Part shown: positions 46,528 through 56,936 of the stretch, one piece after another | Numbering within the stretch: the stretch's first letter is position 1 | Layout of the letters: each line of letters opens with the position of its first letter | Origin: Bacteroidia bacterium | GTDB taxonomy: Bacteria > Bacteroidota > Bacteroidia > JABEUT01 | Length of the DNA stretch: 56,936 bases | Reading direction: 5' to 3' | NCBI GenBank assembly: GCA_035485295.1 | Contig: DATHOD010000153.1 | Location: 1 to 56,936 of the forward strand | Position numbers and translations under genes: made by a program | Notes under the pieces: generated by a model | Seen by the model: only the letters and a program-made list of their open reading frames with translations | What the model was told of the DNA's origin: nothing | Databases searched by the model: none

Positions 46528-49500
46528 TTACTTATGCTTGTTCGAATGCTCAGGATGAGGATGCCTAGGAGCATACACCATATAATAAATTATAGGCAAA
46601 ATCAACAATACCAATACGGTAGCAGAAACCAATCCACCTATCATTACAATAGCTAATGGCTTCTGCGCTTCTGAACCGATACCCGTACTTATAGCAGCAG
46701 GGAATAATCCTACCATATCAATCAATGCAGTCATTACAACTGGCCTAACCCGCTCTTTTACTCCATTATGAATTGATTCAAGAAGATTCTGCTTTTGCTG
46801 TAGGTTGCGTTTAAACTGCACAATAAGTATCACCCCATTTTGTATGCAAACACCGAACAGCGCAATAAATCCAATACCTGCCGATATACTAAAATTAGTG
46901 CTGGTAAGCAGCAATGCAAATATTCCGCCTATCAGTGCAAAAGGTACATTAAGCAGTATTATGGTTGAGTCTCTGAAATTACCAAATGTGGCAAACAGAA
47001 TTATAAAAATCAACAGCAAACTGATAGGCACCACTTGTTTCAACCTATTCACCGCACGTACCTGGCTTTGGAATTCTCCAATCCAATCAATCTTATATCC
47101 CTTAGGTACCTTTACATCTGCAGTTCTGCGTTGAGCTTCTGCAATTGCACTTCCCATATCCCTGTCGCGAACAGAAAACTTCACAGCAATTACACGTTGG
47201 TTACTCGCCCTGTAAATAGAACTAATACCTGTTTTCTGAGTTATAGATGATATAAGTTTTAAAGGAACTTCTCCTCCATTCAGAGTAGGAACCATAAGGT
47301 TACCCAGTTCTTCAGATGTCCTCCTGAATTCAGGCATATAACGAATTCTGAGGTCAAATAATCTTTCCCCTTCAAACACCTGCGTAGCCGCCTGCCCACC
47401 AATAGCCATTTGCACCACCGCATTAGCATTGGCGGTATTTACACCATACAGGCCCATTTTATCCTGTTCCAAATCAATATCTAACTCAGGTTGCCCAAGA
47501 TTTTTTAATACGCCCAGATCTTCTATACCTTTTATTTTTGTCAGGGTATCGTATATCTGTCCTGCTTTCTCATTCAATACAGCAAAATCAGAGCCTGATA
47601 TCTGGCAACCTAATGCAGCATTCATACCTGATACAGCCTGCTCCACATTATCACGAATAGGTTGTGAGAAATTGAACACAACTCCTTCATGATTCTTAAC
47701 CAGGACAGAATTCATTTCATCTATCAGGGAGTCTTTGCTAATGTTCCGTTTCCATTCTTCTTTAGGATATAGTATCACATCGCACTGTATATCAGAGAAT
47801 GCTTCCGGGTCAGTACCATCGTCAGGCCTGCCTGTTTGTGACACAACTGTCTTAACTTCTTTAAAGCTGCCCAATTCTTTTCTCATACTATCTGCAAGTG
47901 CTGATGAATTTGCAAGAGCTACACCAAGTGGTGTTTGTGCTTTTACCCAAAGCGCACCTTCGTCTAAATGTGGTAAGAATTCAGAACCCAGAAATGTTGC
48001 TATGTATAAACTACCACCCAGTAATGCAATTGCAAAAGCAAGGCTTGCACGCCTATGTTTAAATGTGAATGTGAAGAGTTTCATATAACCCTTTTCAAGT
48101 CCTATAACTATAGGATTGTGCTTTTCATACACATTCTTATTAAGTAACATGTGAATAAGCACTGGAACAAGAGTAAGTGTAAATATTAACGCGCCCAGAA
48201 GAGCAAATCCTAATGTCCATGCCAGTGGAGAAAATATTTTCCCTTCTACATTTTCAAAAGAAAAGATTGGGATCAATGCGGTTATAATAATGAGCTTAGC
48301 AAATAATATTGCCTTACCCATATCCATGGTGGTGAGCTTGATCCAGCCCATCTTCGAACGCTGGTTGAACTTCTCGGCTCCCAGTTCTTTATACTTCCGG
48401 TCAAATACTACAAAGCATCCTTCCACTAAGACGACGGCTCCGTCTATTATAATACCAAAGTCAACAGCACCCAATGAAAGAAGGTTGACAGGCATTCCCT
48501 TAATCAACATACATATAAATGCAAACAACAACGAAAGCGGAACTATGATCGCAACTATCAAGGTCGCCCTCCAGTCAGCCATAAATAAGAACACCAATCC
48601 AATAACAAGGACTATACCTTCTACAAGATTATGTAATACAGTACTGGTACAATAAGCTATAAGAGTATTACGATCATAGAACGGAACAATCTTAACATCA
48701 GCCGGAAGAATGGAATTGTTGAGTTCATCAATCTTGGCACGAAGTGCTGTCAATACCTCTTGCGGGTTCTTACCTTTACGCATTACAACAACCCCTTCAA
48801 CCACATCATTAGCTGTGTCCATACCAACTCTACCCAGGCGTGGCAAATTATTAACCCTCACATCAGCTACATTCTTAACAAGCAATGGAACGCCATTCAT
48901 GTTTTTAATAATGACATTCTTGATCTCATCAATATTGTTTAGCAAGCCTATACCCCTGACAACAAAGGAAACTTCCCCTTGGGTAATCACATCGCCACCT
49001 GCATTTATATTGCTATTAGAAACTGCATTATATACATCCAATGCTGTAATGCCATACTTACGCAACAAATTAGGATCAACATCTATTTCATAATCCTTTG
49101 TTGGGCCACCATACGTATTAACATCTGCAACACCTTCAATAGACTTCAGATTTCTTTCAATTACCCAATTTTCAATAGTTTTTAACTCAAGTGGCGATTT
49201 AGTTTTACTTTGAACCGTAAACCTGAATATTTCATCGGTAGGCCCATAGGGAGGCTCAACACTTGGCTGCACACCACTAGGTAATTGAACATTTCCCAGC
49301 AAATTCATTACTTGTGCCCGTGCATGGTAATCATCAACACCATCATTAAACATGATTGTGATTTGCGATAAGCCGAACATGGTAGTGGAGTGAATAGAAG
49401 TCTTTTCCTGAACAGAGTTCATAGCAAGCTCAATTGGGATTGTAACCTGCCTTTCAACTTCTTGTGCACCCCTACCCTGCCATTGGGTTATAATAATTAT

Positions 49501-49647
49501 CTGAGTGTTCGTAATATCCGGATAGGCCTCAATGGGTGTTTTATTGTATGCAATAGCCCCAAGTATGCCAATAACAACCGTGGCAAAAAGAATAAACATT
49601 TTATTCTTTAGCGAGAAGGCAACTATGCTTTTTACAAACTTATTCAT
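46528..49647 (-). CDS. CusA/CzcA-family heavy-metal efflux RND transporter
   Basis: 1039 aa with 12-TM RND architecture and HME-type sequence throughout. Confidence 0.92.
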   Translation of the reverse strand: MNKFVKSIVAFSLKNKMFILFATVVIGILGAIAYNKTPIEAYPDITNTQIIIITQWQGRGAQEVERQVTIPIELAMNSVQEKTSIHSTTMFGLSQITIMFNDGVDDYHARAQVMNLLGNVQLPSGVQPSVEPPYGPTDEIFRFTVQSKTKSPLELKTIENWVIERNLKSIEGVADVNTYGGPTKDYEIDVDPNLLRKYGITALDVYNAVSNSNINAGGDVITQGEVSFVVRGIGLLNNIDEIKNVIIKNMNGVPLLVKNVADVRVNNLPRLGRVGMDTANDVVEGVVVMRKGKNPQEVLTALRAKIDELNNSILPADVKIVPFYDRNTLIAYCTSTVLHNLVEGIVLVIGLVFLFMADWRATLIVAIIVPLSLLFAFICMLIKGMPVNLLSLGAVDFGIIIDGAVVLVEGCFVVFDRKYKELGAEKFNQRSKMGWIKLTTMDMGKAILFAKLIIITALIPIFSFENVEGKIFSPLAWTLGFALLGALIFTLTLVPVLIHMLLNKNVYEKHNPIVIGLEKGYMKLFTFTFKHRRASLAFAIALLGGSLYIATFLGSEFLPHLDEGALWVKAQTPLGVALANSSALADSMRKELGSFKEVKTVVSQTGRPDDGTDPEAFSDIQCDVILYPKEEWKRNISKDSLIDEMNSVLVKNHEGVVFNFSQPIRDNVEQAVSGMNAALGCQISGSDFAVLNEKAGQIYDTLTKIKGIEDLGVLKNLGQPELDIDLEQDKMGLYGVNTANANAVVQMAIGGQAATQVFEGERLFDLRIRYMPEFRRTSEELGNLMVPTLNGGEVPLKLISSITQKTGISSIYRASNQRVIAVKFSVRDRDMGSAIAEAQRRTADVKVPKGYKIDWIGEFQSQVRAVNRLKQVVPISLLLIFIILFATFGNFRDSTIILLNVPFALIGGIFALLLTSTNFSISAGIGFIALFGVCIQNGVILIVQFKRNLQQKQNLLESIHNGVKERVRPVVMTALIDMVGLFPAAISTGIGSEAQKPLAIVMIGGLVSATVLVLLILPIIYYMVYAPRHPHPEHSNKHK

Positions 49648-49662
49648 CTAATATCTTACCGT

Positions 49663-50760
49663 TTATTGGCCGTATACATAAAGACTGTTCTTACACACTA
49701 CAACCTCATTTGGCTGCAACCCTTTTATAACATATGCATCCGTTTCATTAGTACCTTCAATGCTTATAAGGCGTTTTTCGAATTTACTCTTGCCTTTTGA
49801 AACCATCACGTAATAATCGTTATCATAAAAAACTAATGCTTCTTTTGGTACTGCCAAGGTCTTCTTATGTTTGTCAATGTGCACATTTATGGTAGCAAAC
49901 ATTCCCGGTTTTAATAATCCACTTGTATTGTCGAGCACAACCCTGGCTTGCATGGTACTTGCAGAAGAATCGAGCATACTGGCCACCTTTGAAATGGTTC
50001 CCTTCAACTTTTTATCAGGGTAGGCTACAGTAGTTATATCAGCTGAATCGCCAACATTAACCTGTGGAATATCATTTTCATAAACATTAGCTTCAACCCA
50101 AACGGTTTTAAGAAATGAAATCGTAAACAATGGGTTTGTATTATCAGCTCTCACATTCATCCCTTCTGTAACTGACTTAGATACAACGTAACCGTCAATA
50201 GGTGAAATGATAGTATAAGTAGCATTTGTATCGTTACCTGAAACCCTGTACGTTTTAAGATAAATTTCTACCGTATGCAGTGTAGCAGCAGCAGAGTTGT
50301 AATCATTCTGCGCCTGCATCACATCTTTTTCAGAATATACTTTAGTCTTATATAATTCATTTGCAATATCAAGGTTTCGTTTAGCTGTTTTAAGCTGGGC
50401 CTGAGCAACTGCATACTGGCCTTCGTAACTGCTTACATCCGCACTCTTTAACACAGCAAGGACTTGCCCTTTGGTAACGTAGTCGCCTTGTGATACATCT
50501 GACTTTATTACATTTCCGCTAACAAAACTGAAAACCGGAGATAAATAATCCTTATCGAAAGTGACCTTACCGCTTAAGACTAAATCGGTTCTTTCTTCTT
50601 CCACCTTTACTGTGTCCACAGTAATTTGTTTCATTTGAATAGAGTTAAGCTCCACTAAATTCGAATCAGTAGCCTGATCCTCGGATTGTTGTTCCGCCCT
50701 TTTGCATCCAGCCATAAAGAGAACAGCTATTATCAGAAATGAAACTATTTTATTTAACAT
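49663..50760 (-). CDS. efflux RND periplasmic adaptor (membrane fusion protein)
   Basis: 365 aa with a lipoprotein-like signal (LFMAGC) and coiled-coil hairpin and beta-barrel domains typical of the HlyD/CzcB family. Confidence 0.88.
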   Translation of the reverse strand: MLNKIVSFLIIAVLFMAGCKRAEQQSEDQATDSNLVELNSIQMKQITVDTVKVEEERTDLVLSGKVTFDKDYLSPVFSFVSGNVIKSDVSQGDYVTKGQVLAVLKSADVSSYEGQYAVAQAQLKTAKRNLDIANELYKTKVYSEKDVMQAQNDYNSAAATLHTVEIYLKTYRVSGNDTNATYTIISPIDGYVVSKSVTEGMNVRADNTNPLFTISFLKTVWVEANVYENDIPQVNVGDSADITTVAYPDKKLKGTISKVASMLDSSASTMQARVVLDNTSGLLKPGMFATINVHIDKHKKTLAVPKEALVFYDNDYYVMVSKGKSKFEKRLISIEGTNETDAYVIKGLQPNEVVVCKNSLYVYGQ

Positions 50761-50763
50761 GGC

Positions 50764-52074
50764 TTATTTAATTATATCAATACCGGTTGCGTAATTAATA
50801 GAATGTATGGCATTAAAATATTGAACCCTCAAGTTGATAAGATTAGTCTTACCATCTATATATGTTGTTATCTGGCTTAATAAATCGAGAAGATTTATAT
50901 AACGCTTATCATAATTCTTAACTGCATTATCCATCATCTCGTTCAAATCCGTCTCATAGTGTGAATCAACCTGCGAGTATTGCTTATTAATGCGATATAG
51001 GTTAGTATAATCGGAAGTAACCTCATTTTGCACAGTATACAAAGCTAGGCTATCGTTCAATTCCGCTTGTTTCTCCTCATCCTTTGCCACTTTTATATTC
51101 CCCTGATTCCGATTAAAGATTGGCAGGTCCATACTACCGTATATACCCCAAAAGTTTAATTCGTATGAACCTGCTTTATCATACTCAACACCTACAGTTA
51201 AGTCAGGAATGCCAGTAGAATGTTGCAACTTCACATTCTGACTATGGTATGCAATACCTTCCGAAGCTAATAATAAGTCAGGACGATTTTTAATAGCACT
51301 GTCAAGTATAGATTGATAAGTTGGCACCTGGCCCATAGGGATTCCTATCTCTTTTATAACCAAATAGGTTTTCGCAGGAAACACAAGTAATATCTTCAAT
51401 TCCTTTTCATCGTTATACACTGCTTGCTGGCTGGTTACTTCTTGCCCGACAGCATCTTGATATTGTGCCTGAAGCCTTATAAGATCATTCCCGGAAGCAT
51501 TACCCATTTTATACAATTCTCTGGTTTCATCTACCATATGGCCTATTTTCTCCTCTTCAGACTTGTACATGGAAACCAGTTGTTGATTATTATATAAATC
51601 AGAAATATCCGTATACAATTGATATTTTAAACTTCTGAGCACATCTGCTAACTGATATTCCGCTTGTTGAACGCCAATCTTATTTAATTTGGCATATGCA
51701 CTGTGTCTTCCACCAATGGTAAGCAACTGCTGCAACTGAAAAGCATTTTCGTCACCCGTATTAAAGTATTGCTTTGTATACGGGTTATATAGTTCTTGAG
51801 TATAGGTTAAGTTAGGGTTATACCAAAGCTTTGCCTGTAAATAATTATCCTTTGCAATACTCACATCGTAATTAGACATAAGTAGTGAAAGATTCTTACT
51901 TACAAACCGCTGTTCAGCATCAGGAATATTGAGGTAAACAGTATCCTGACTAATAGGTGCAATAGATTGGGCATTTATAAAACCACAAGAAAACAAGGCG
52001 CATAATGTCAGGCAAACTCTACCTATGATATACCTATTGATTATTCGCTTACCTATTTGCCTCTTTATTAACAC
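50764..52074 (-). CDS. TolC-family outer membrane efflux protein
   Basis: 436 aa with a two-repeat OEP-like helical pattern, located upstream of the MFP and RND genes. Confidence 0.85.
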   Translation of the reverse strand: MLIKRQIGKRIINRYIIGRVCLTLCALFSCGFINAQSIAPISQDTVYLNIPDAEQRFVSKNLSLLMSNYDVSIAKDNYLQAKLWYNPNLTYTQELYNPYTKQYFNTGDENAFQLQQLLTIGGRHSAYAKLNKIGVQQAEYQLADVLRSLKYQLYTDISDLYNNQQLVSMYKSEEEKIGHMVDETRELYKMGNASGNDLIRLQAQYQDAVGQEVTSQQAVYNDEKELKILLVFPAKTYLVIKEIGIPMGQVPTYQSILDSAIKNRPDLLLASEGIAYHSQNVKLQHSTGIPDLTVGVEYDKAGSYELNFWGIYGSMDLPIFNRNQGNIKVAKDEEKQAELNDSLALYTVQNEVTSDYTNLYRINKQYSQVDSHYETDLNEMMDNAVKNYDKRYINLLDLLSQITTYIDGKTNLINLRVQYFNAIHSINYATGIDIIK

Positions 52075-52125
52075 AAATGCCTGATTTTTGAATACACAAA
52101 ATTAAATGGGTTTTGAGTACAAATA

Positions 52126-52164
52126 ATTAGAATAAGATTAGAATTTGTTAATTCCTTCTAATTA
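52126..52164 (-). promoter_or_regulatory. candidate response-regulator operator upstream of the efflux operon
   Basis: ATTAGAAT direct repeat at 52126-52133 and 52137-52144 (11-bp period), plus an inverted AATTAGAA half-site at 52157-52164. These lie 50-90 nt upstream of the TolC-family start. Confidence 0.4.
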
Positions 52165-52200
52165 GTCGCCTTTTGATGGCAAAACATGCGAAATGCCCTT

Positions 52201-53547
52201 TTATAAAGGGAATATAACCCTAAATGATGTACCCTCATTAAGTACAGAGGCAACCTCTATTTTACAATTATGTAACCTCATAATCTTTTCAGCTAGTGAA
52301 AGGCCGATACCCGAGCCTGGATGTTTAAATGCATTAGGTGCACGGTAAAATGGTTGGAATATTTGCTGCAATTCCTTTGGATCAATACCTATGCCACTAT
52401 CTTTTATTGTTATAAACACATTGCTTTCGTCACAAGACACTTCACAGGAAACCTCCTTATTACCAGAAAATTTAATAGCATTCTTAAGAATGTTACTTAT
52501 CGCAATAAATAGCAAACGCCTGTTTCCCTGTATAGTGTATTTCTCAATATCTTTAGGTACATTATAATTAACCTTAACCAAGCCAGATTTATTACCCCAT
52601 TCATCCACTACCTCCCATAATAATTCATCAAGACGTATCTTCTGCAATTCAGCTGTATCGACACCTGCCTGTGCCAATTCAAGAAGGCTATTTATCAGGG
52701 AATCTAGTTTCTCAGATTCATTGACTATACTTTGTAATGCGCTTTTATATTCATCCCTTTCTCGGTCATTTTTAAGTGTAACCTCAGCCTTGCCAAATAT
52801 CTTAGTCAGTGGCGTTCTTAATTCATGTGAAGCGTGGCTAATGAATGATTGCTGGTCGTGAAAAGATTGCTCAAGATGCTCAAGAAGATTATTGATTGTA
52901 GTAGATAAAAGATTAATCTCATCATTCTTATAGCGAGTTATTGTAAGGCGTTTATCAAGGCTTGTAGATCTAATAATTTTAAGGTCGTTAGTTATTTTCA
53001 AAATAGGCTGAATGGCTAATGTTGCGAATATTCTCCCCAACAAAAACGTAATTACAAGAGAAGCCAGGAATGAAAAGAGCATTATCAATGCCAATTTTCT
53101 CATATTCTGAAAGCCCACATCATCAATTGCAGAAGCAATAACAACAAAATTGCCCGAATTATCGATATAATAGAGGCCTACTACCTGTTGGTTGCCAATG
53201 GCAAAATGCACTTTTTTCTCCTGTATTACTCTTTGTATTACATCCTTTCCCCAACTAACCGTATCTTCTTTAATAAAAACAGGTTCAAACTTATCATTGT
53301 AGATACGAGTAACCTCATGCGTTAATGTCTGTGGGTATTTTTCAATTACTTTCCTGAAACTCTCGGGTGACATATTATCCTGCGCCAAGTATAGCTCACC
53401 AACAATTAAAGCCCTGTCATCAAGTTTAGTATAAAAACTCTCGCTCCTATTTTGTTCTACCAGGAAAAATATGCCCACTAATACTATAAATAGTAGCACT
53501 GCAAACATGAAAGTAAACTGTAATGACAACCTGTTCCTGACTTTCAT
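52201..53547 (-). CDS. sensor histidine kinase (2 TM, HAMP, HisKA, HATPase), CusS/CzcS-like
   Basis: 448 aa. H-box ASHELRTPL, plus N/G boxes. Confidence 0.9.
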   Translation of the reverse strand: MKVRNRLSLQFTFMFAVLLFIVLVGIFFLVEQNRSESFYTKLDDRALIVGELYLAQDNMSPESFRKVIEKYPQTLTHEVTRIYNDKFEPVFIKEDTVSWGKDVIQRVIQEKKVHFAIGNQQVVGLYYIDNSGNFVVIASAIDDVGFQNMRKLALIMLFSFLASLVITFLLGRIFATLAIQPILKITNDLKIIRSTSLDKRLTITRYKNDEINLLSTTINNLLEHLEQSFHDQQSFISHASHELRTPLTKIFGKAEVTLKNDRERDEYKSALQSIVNESEKLDSLINSLLELAQAGVDTAELQKIRLDELLWEVVDEWGNKSGLVKVNYNVPKDIEKYTIQGNRRLLFIAISNILKNAIKFSGNKEVSCEVSCDESNVFITIKDSGIGIDPKELQQIFQPFYRAPNAFKHPGSGIGLSLAEKIMRLHNCKIEVASVLNEGTSFRVIFPL

Positions 53548-53550
53548 AGT

Positions 53551-54219
53551 CTAATCTTTAAGTGAATACCCACGGCCAATTACTGTATGGATAAGCTTTT
53601 CAGAAAAATTCTTATCTATTTTAACCCTCAGGTAATTAATATACACATCAATTAGGTTTGTCCCCCGGTCAAAATTAATCCCCCACACCTCTTCAGCAAT
53701 TTCACTTCTTGAAAGTACTTTATTCTTATTTGAGATGAGTATCTTAAGAAGAGTAAATTCTTTAGTGGTTAGGGTAATTTCTTTCCCTGCTCTGAACACA
53801 GTTCCTTTATCAGAGTCCACTTCAAGGTCAGCGGCCTTATATATTTTACCTGAGTCTATTGCCCTCCTCCTAGTTAGCGCATTAATACGCGCCAATAATT
53901 CTTCAAAATGAAATGGTTTAGTTAAATAATCATCCGCTCCATTTTCAAAACCTTGCACTTTGTCTCCAATTGTACCAAGGGCTGTAAGCATCAAAATTGG
54001 CATATCCTTTTTATGCAATCTCACTTGCTTACATACACTCAACCCATTCTGACTTGGAAGTAAAAGATCGAGGATCAACACATCAAAATTCCTATCTATT
54101 GCGACTTTTGCACCTTCCAACCCATCATGCACAACCGTCACATTATATTGTTGTTCAACTAGCCCGGTCTTAATAAATGCCGCTACTTCAGGCTCATCCT
54201 CTATTAGGAGTATATTCAT
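53551..54219 (-). CDS. OmpR/PhoB-family response regulator
   Basis: 222 aa with a receiver domain (DLLLP phospho-Asp context) plus a winged-helix C-terminus (TVIGRGY). Confidence 0.92.
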   Translation of the reverse strand: MNILLIEDEPEVAAFIKTGLVEQQYNVTVVHDGLEGAKVAIDRNFDVLILDLLLPSQNGLSVCKQVRLHKKDMPILMLTALGTIGDKVQGFENGADDYLTKPFHFEELLARINALTRRRAIDSGKIYKAADLEVDSDKGTVFRAGKEITLTTKEFTLLKILISNKNKVLSRSEIAEEVWGINFDRGTNLIDVYINYLRVKIDKNFSEKLIHTVIGRGYSLKD

Positions 54220-54410
54220 AATCAGGTGTCTCTTTTAAACAATAACGATAAGTAAATTTATAGTTTATGTTCACAGGTATAGCTCTTTGGCATTAATTTA
54301 TGTTAAATTTCAGCTATCTAAGCTCTTTCCTACCATGACCTAATAAGGAAAAAACACTTATCGCATACCTAAAAAAGCTATTTTCGATATTCTAAAAACA
54401 AATAACAATA

Positions 54411-56936
54411 ATGCAACATTTCTACCGTAAAGCAATTGGCTTATTTACAGTGCTACTTATATCATTTTCAATAAATGCACAACCTCAGAAAGAAGCAACA
54501 CCACAAGCTACACCAGTAAGTAAAAGGCTGGCAAGTGCCGACCAGCGGAAGAAACTGTCCGACAATTCACTGGTTTCAAATGTAAAATTCAGAAATATTG
54601 GCCCAACTATTATGAGTGGCCGTGTGGTAGATGTAGACGTATCGCCGGACGATCCAACCCATTTTTACGTTGCATATGCATCGGGAGGGCTTTGGGTGAC
54701 TTATAACAATGGACAGTCTTTTACACCACTATTCGACGACCAGGTTGTAATGACCATTGGAGATATTGCAGTTGACTGGAAGCATGGCGAAACAATTTGG
54801 GTTGGAAGCGGAGAAAACAATTCTAGTCGTTCATCATACGCGGGCGTTGGGATGCTTAAAAGCACTGATAAAGGCAAAACATGGAACTATATGGGCCTTG
54901 GTGAATCGCAGCACATTGGTAGAATTGTTATTGACCCGAACGACCCGAATACAGTTGATGTGGCCGTTATAGGGCATTTATATACACCCAACGAAGAACG
55001 TGGAGTTTTTAAAACTACCGATGGCGGTAAAACATGGAAGAAGACATTATTTATAGATAATAATACAGGGGCCATTGACCTTGCTATGGACCCGACAAAT
55101 CCCAAAGTTTTATATTCGGCAATGTGGCACCGTGAGCGTAGAGCATGGAATTTTTCAGGCAGTGGCGCTACCAGTGGAATATATAAAAGCGTTGATGGCG
55201 GTGATACATGGAACCTTGTTACTACTAAAGAAAGTGGATTTCCGACCGGTGATGCTGTTGGACGGATTGGGTTAACTATTTATCCTAAAAATCCAAACAT
55301 TGTTTATGCCATAGTAGATAACCAGGCGGCAAGAGAAGAACATAAAAGCAAGGAGCCCGGATTAACAAAAGATTCGTTACGCAGAATTACAAAAGCTGCA
55401 TTCCTAACACTTAGCGATTCTGTAATTGATAAGTATTTAAAAGACCATAATTTCGATGAAGAATATACAGCCGAAAGAGTAAAGAGAATGGTAAAGGCTG
55501 ATAGTATTAAGCCTGTGAGCCTTGTTGAATACCTTGAAGATGCTGAAACTGCAATAAGCGAAACCAATGTAAAGGGCGCAGAAGTATACCGATCAGACGA
55601 CGCAGGAAAAACATGGAGGCGTACCCAAAATAGTTATTTAGATGGTGTATTCAATACCTACGGCTATTACTTCGGGCAAATAAGAGTATCACCATTAAAC
55701 CCCGATAAAATATTCATTGTCGGTGTTCCTATTTTAAAATCGGAAGATGGCGGAAAAACATTCCGTGGCATTGATGCACCCAATACTCACGGTGATTTTC
55801 ATGCATTGTGGTTGAATCCAAATAAAGATGGGCACATGATAATTGGTTGTGATGGCGGTATTAATATTACATACGATGATGGCAAGAATTATGTTAAAGC
55901 TAATACTCCTGCCGTTGGACAGTTCTATTCAGTGAACGTAGATATGGAAAAGCCATATAATGTATATGGTGGATTACAAGATAATGGTGTGTGGTATGGT
56001 TCCTCAACAAACCAGGAAAATACTGAATGGTACCAGGAAGGTCAATATCCGTTCAAACGTATTATGGGTGGCGATGGTATGCAGGTTATGGTCGATACCC
56101 GCGATAATACTACCTGCTACCCAGGTTTCCAGTTTGGTTATTACTTCAGGGTAAATAAATTAACAGGCGATTCAAAACTCATTCAGCCTAAGCATAAATT
56201 AGGTGAACGTCCATTACGTTTCAATTGGGAAACACCTATATGGTTATCTAAGCATAATCAGGATATATTATACATGGGTTCCGACAGGTTCCACCGTGCA
56301 ATGAATAAGGGAGATGATTTTAAAACCCTAACCGGTGACCTTACTAAAGGTGGAAAGAAAGGAAACATTCCTTATGGCACCATTACAACTATAAATGAAT
56401 CAGGTGCAAAGTTTGGTTTGCTTTATATTGGTACTGATGATGGCCTGATATATGTATCTCAAGACGATGGATACAACTGGAAGAAGATATCTAATACTCT
56501 TCCTCAGGACTTAAAAGTAACAAGGGTATTCGCATCTAATTTCGATACAGGAACTGTATATACCTCACTAAGCGGCTACTTCTACGATGACTTTACACCA
56601 TACTTATATATGTCGAGAAACTATGGCCAGACATGGGAAAGGATTGGTACCGACTTACCAAGTGGAGATATAATCAATGTTGTAAAAGAGGATCCAAAGA
56701 ACAAGAATATAGTTTATGTTGGTACGGATAATGGTCTTTATGTTTCATTGAACAGAGGCAAGTCGTTTATGAGTATGAATGATGGATTTCCGGCTGTTTC
56801 GGTACATGACCTGATTATACATCCAAGAGATAATGATCTGATTGTAGGCACTCACGGTCGTTCGATCTATATAGCCCACGTAGCAGAACTGCAACAATTG
56901 AATGATACTACTCTTGCTAAAGATTTGTTTGTTTTT
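54411..56936 (+). CDS. BNR/Asp-box repeat, sortilin/VPS10-like secreted protein (3' end beyond the window)
   Basis: Absent from the ORF track because there is no stop. Hand translation from the ATG at 54411 is open for 842 codons to the window edge. It has a signal peptide (MQHFYRKAIGLFTVLLISFSINAQ) and repeated SxDxGxTW boxes (STDKGKTW, TTDGGKTW, SVDGGDTW, SDDAGKTW). Confidence 0.85.
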   Translation, partial: MQHFYRKAIGLFTVLLISFSINAQPQKEATPQATPVSKRLASADQRKKLSDNSLVSNVKFRNIGPTIMSGRVVDVDVSPDDPTHFYVAYASGGLWVTYNNGQSFTPLFDDQVVMTIGDIAVDWKHGETIWVGSGENNSSRSSYAGVGMLKSTDKGKTWNYMGLGESQHIGRIVIDPNDPNTVDVAVIGHLYTPNEERGVFKTTDGGKTWKKTLFIDNNTGAIDLAMDPTNPKVLYSAMWHRERRAWNFSGSGATSGIYKSVDGGDTWNLVTTKESGFPTGDAVGRIGLTIYPKNPNIVYAIVDNQAAREEHKSKEPGLTKDSLRRITKAAFLTLSDSVIDKYLKDHNFDEEYTAERVKRMVKADSIKPVSLVEYLEDAETAISETNVKGAEVYRSDDAGKTWRRTQNSYLDGVFNTYGYYFGQIRVSPLNPDKIFIVGVPILKSEDGGKTFRGIDAPNTHGDFHALWLNPNKDGHMIIGCDGGINITYDDGKNYVKANTPAVGQFYSVNVDMEKPYNVYGGLQDNGVWYGSSTNQENTEWYQEGQYPFKRIMGGDGMQVMVDTRDNTTCYPGFQFGYYFRVNKLTGDSKLIQPKHKLGERPLRFNWETPIWLSKHNQDILYMGSDRFHRAMNKGDDFKTLTGDLTKGGKKGNIPYGTITTINESGAKFGLLYIGTDDGLIYVSQDDGYNWKKISNTLPQDLKVTRVFASNFDTGTVYTSLSGYFYDDFTPYLYMSRNYGQTWERIGTDLPSGDIINVVKEDPKNKNIVYVGTDNGLYVSLNRGKSFMSMNDGFPAVSVHDLIIHPRDNDLIVGTHGRSIYIAHVAELQQLNDTTLAKDLFVF

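Noticed and set aside
54757-56154. Track ORFs 54757-54972, 54887-55105, 55075-55275, 55304-55567 and 55960-56154.
   Set aside because: All lie in alternative frames or strands of the long open BNR-repeat reading frame that starts at 54411 and runs off the window.
1-56936. Search for CRISPR arrays, tRNA/rRNA genes and recognisable defence or toxin-antitoxin modules.
   Set aside because: I saw no regularly spaced direct repeats, no tRNA-like T-arm/acceptor patterns, and no nuclease, methylase or abortive-infection gene pairs. This was visual inspection only, so small RNAs could have been missed.

Overview
The window is a low-GC chromosomal segment that looks like Bacteroidetes. The evidence is two T9SS-type C-terminal sorting domains, TAnnTTTG-type -7 boxes, a small DUF4295-like ORF after rpmG, and the absence of Shine-Dalgarno sequences. 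Most of it is core metabolism. It contains rpsF-rpsR-rplI, parC, and a variant System I cytochrome c maturation cluster (ccmBCDEF). It also contains rpmB-rpmG, ftsY, sucC, a biotin carboxylase, an RND heavy-metal efflux locus with its two-component system, and a truncated BNR/sortilin-like gene at the right edge. The dominant structure is a 20.4-kb gap-free minus-strand block (20043-40431). It joins a menaquinone operon, all seven shikimate-pathway steps and a complete trp operon.

The best candidates for undescribed biology:
1. An untracked 31-codon leader ORF ending Y-W-W-W-S-stop, with alternative RNA helices and a U-rich tract, lies directly upstream of the aro-trp unit. It is a candidate ribosome-mediated attenuator.
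2. A small unknown ORF is wedged between trpE and trpG. Its frame breaks at an A9 tract, and its +1 continuation ends in an ATGA overlap with trpG.
3. An intact but isolated phage large-terminase gene carries an in-frame insertion of a GC-rich hairpin repeat. The same repeat also flanks the gene.
4. A RAYT-like Y1 transposase is bracketed by inverted REP-like hairpins.
5. Two tandem hairpin-bounded units of about 85 nt sit in a convergent intergenic region.

All calls rest on reading the translated ORFs and the DNA by eye. No database search or folding program was run.
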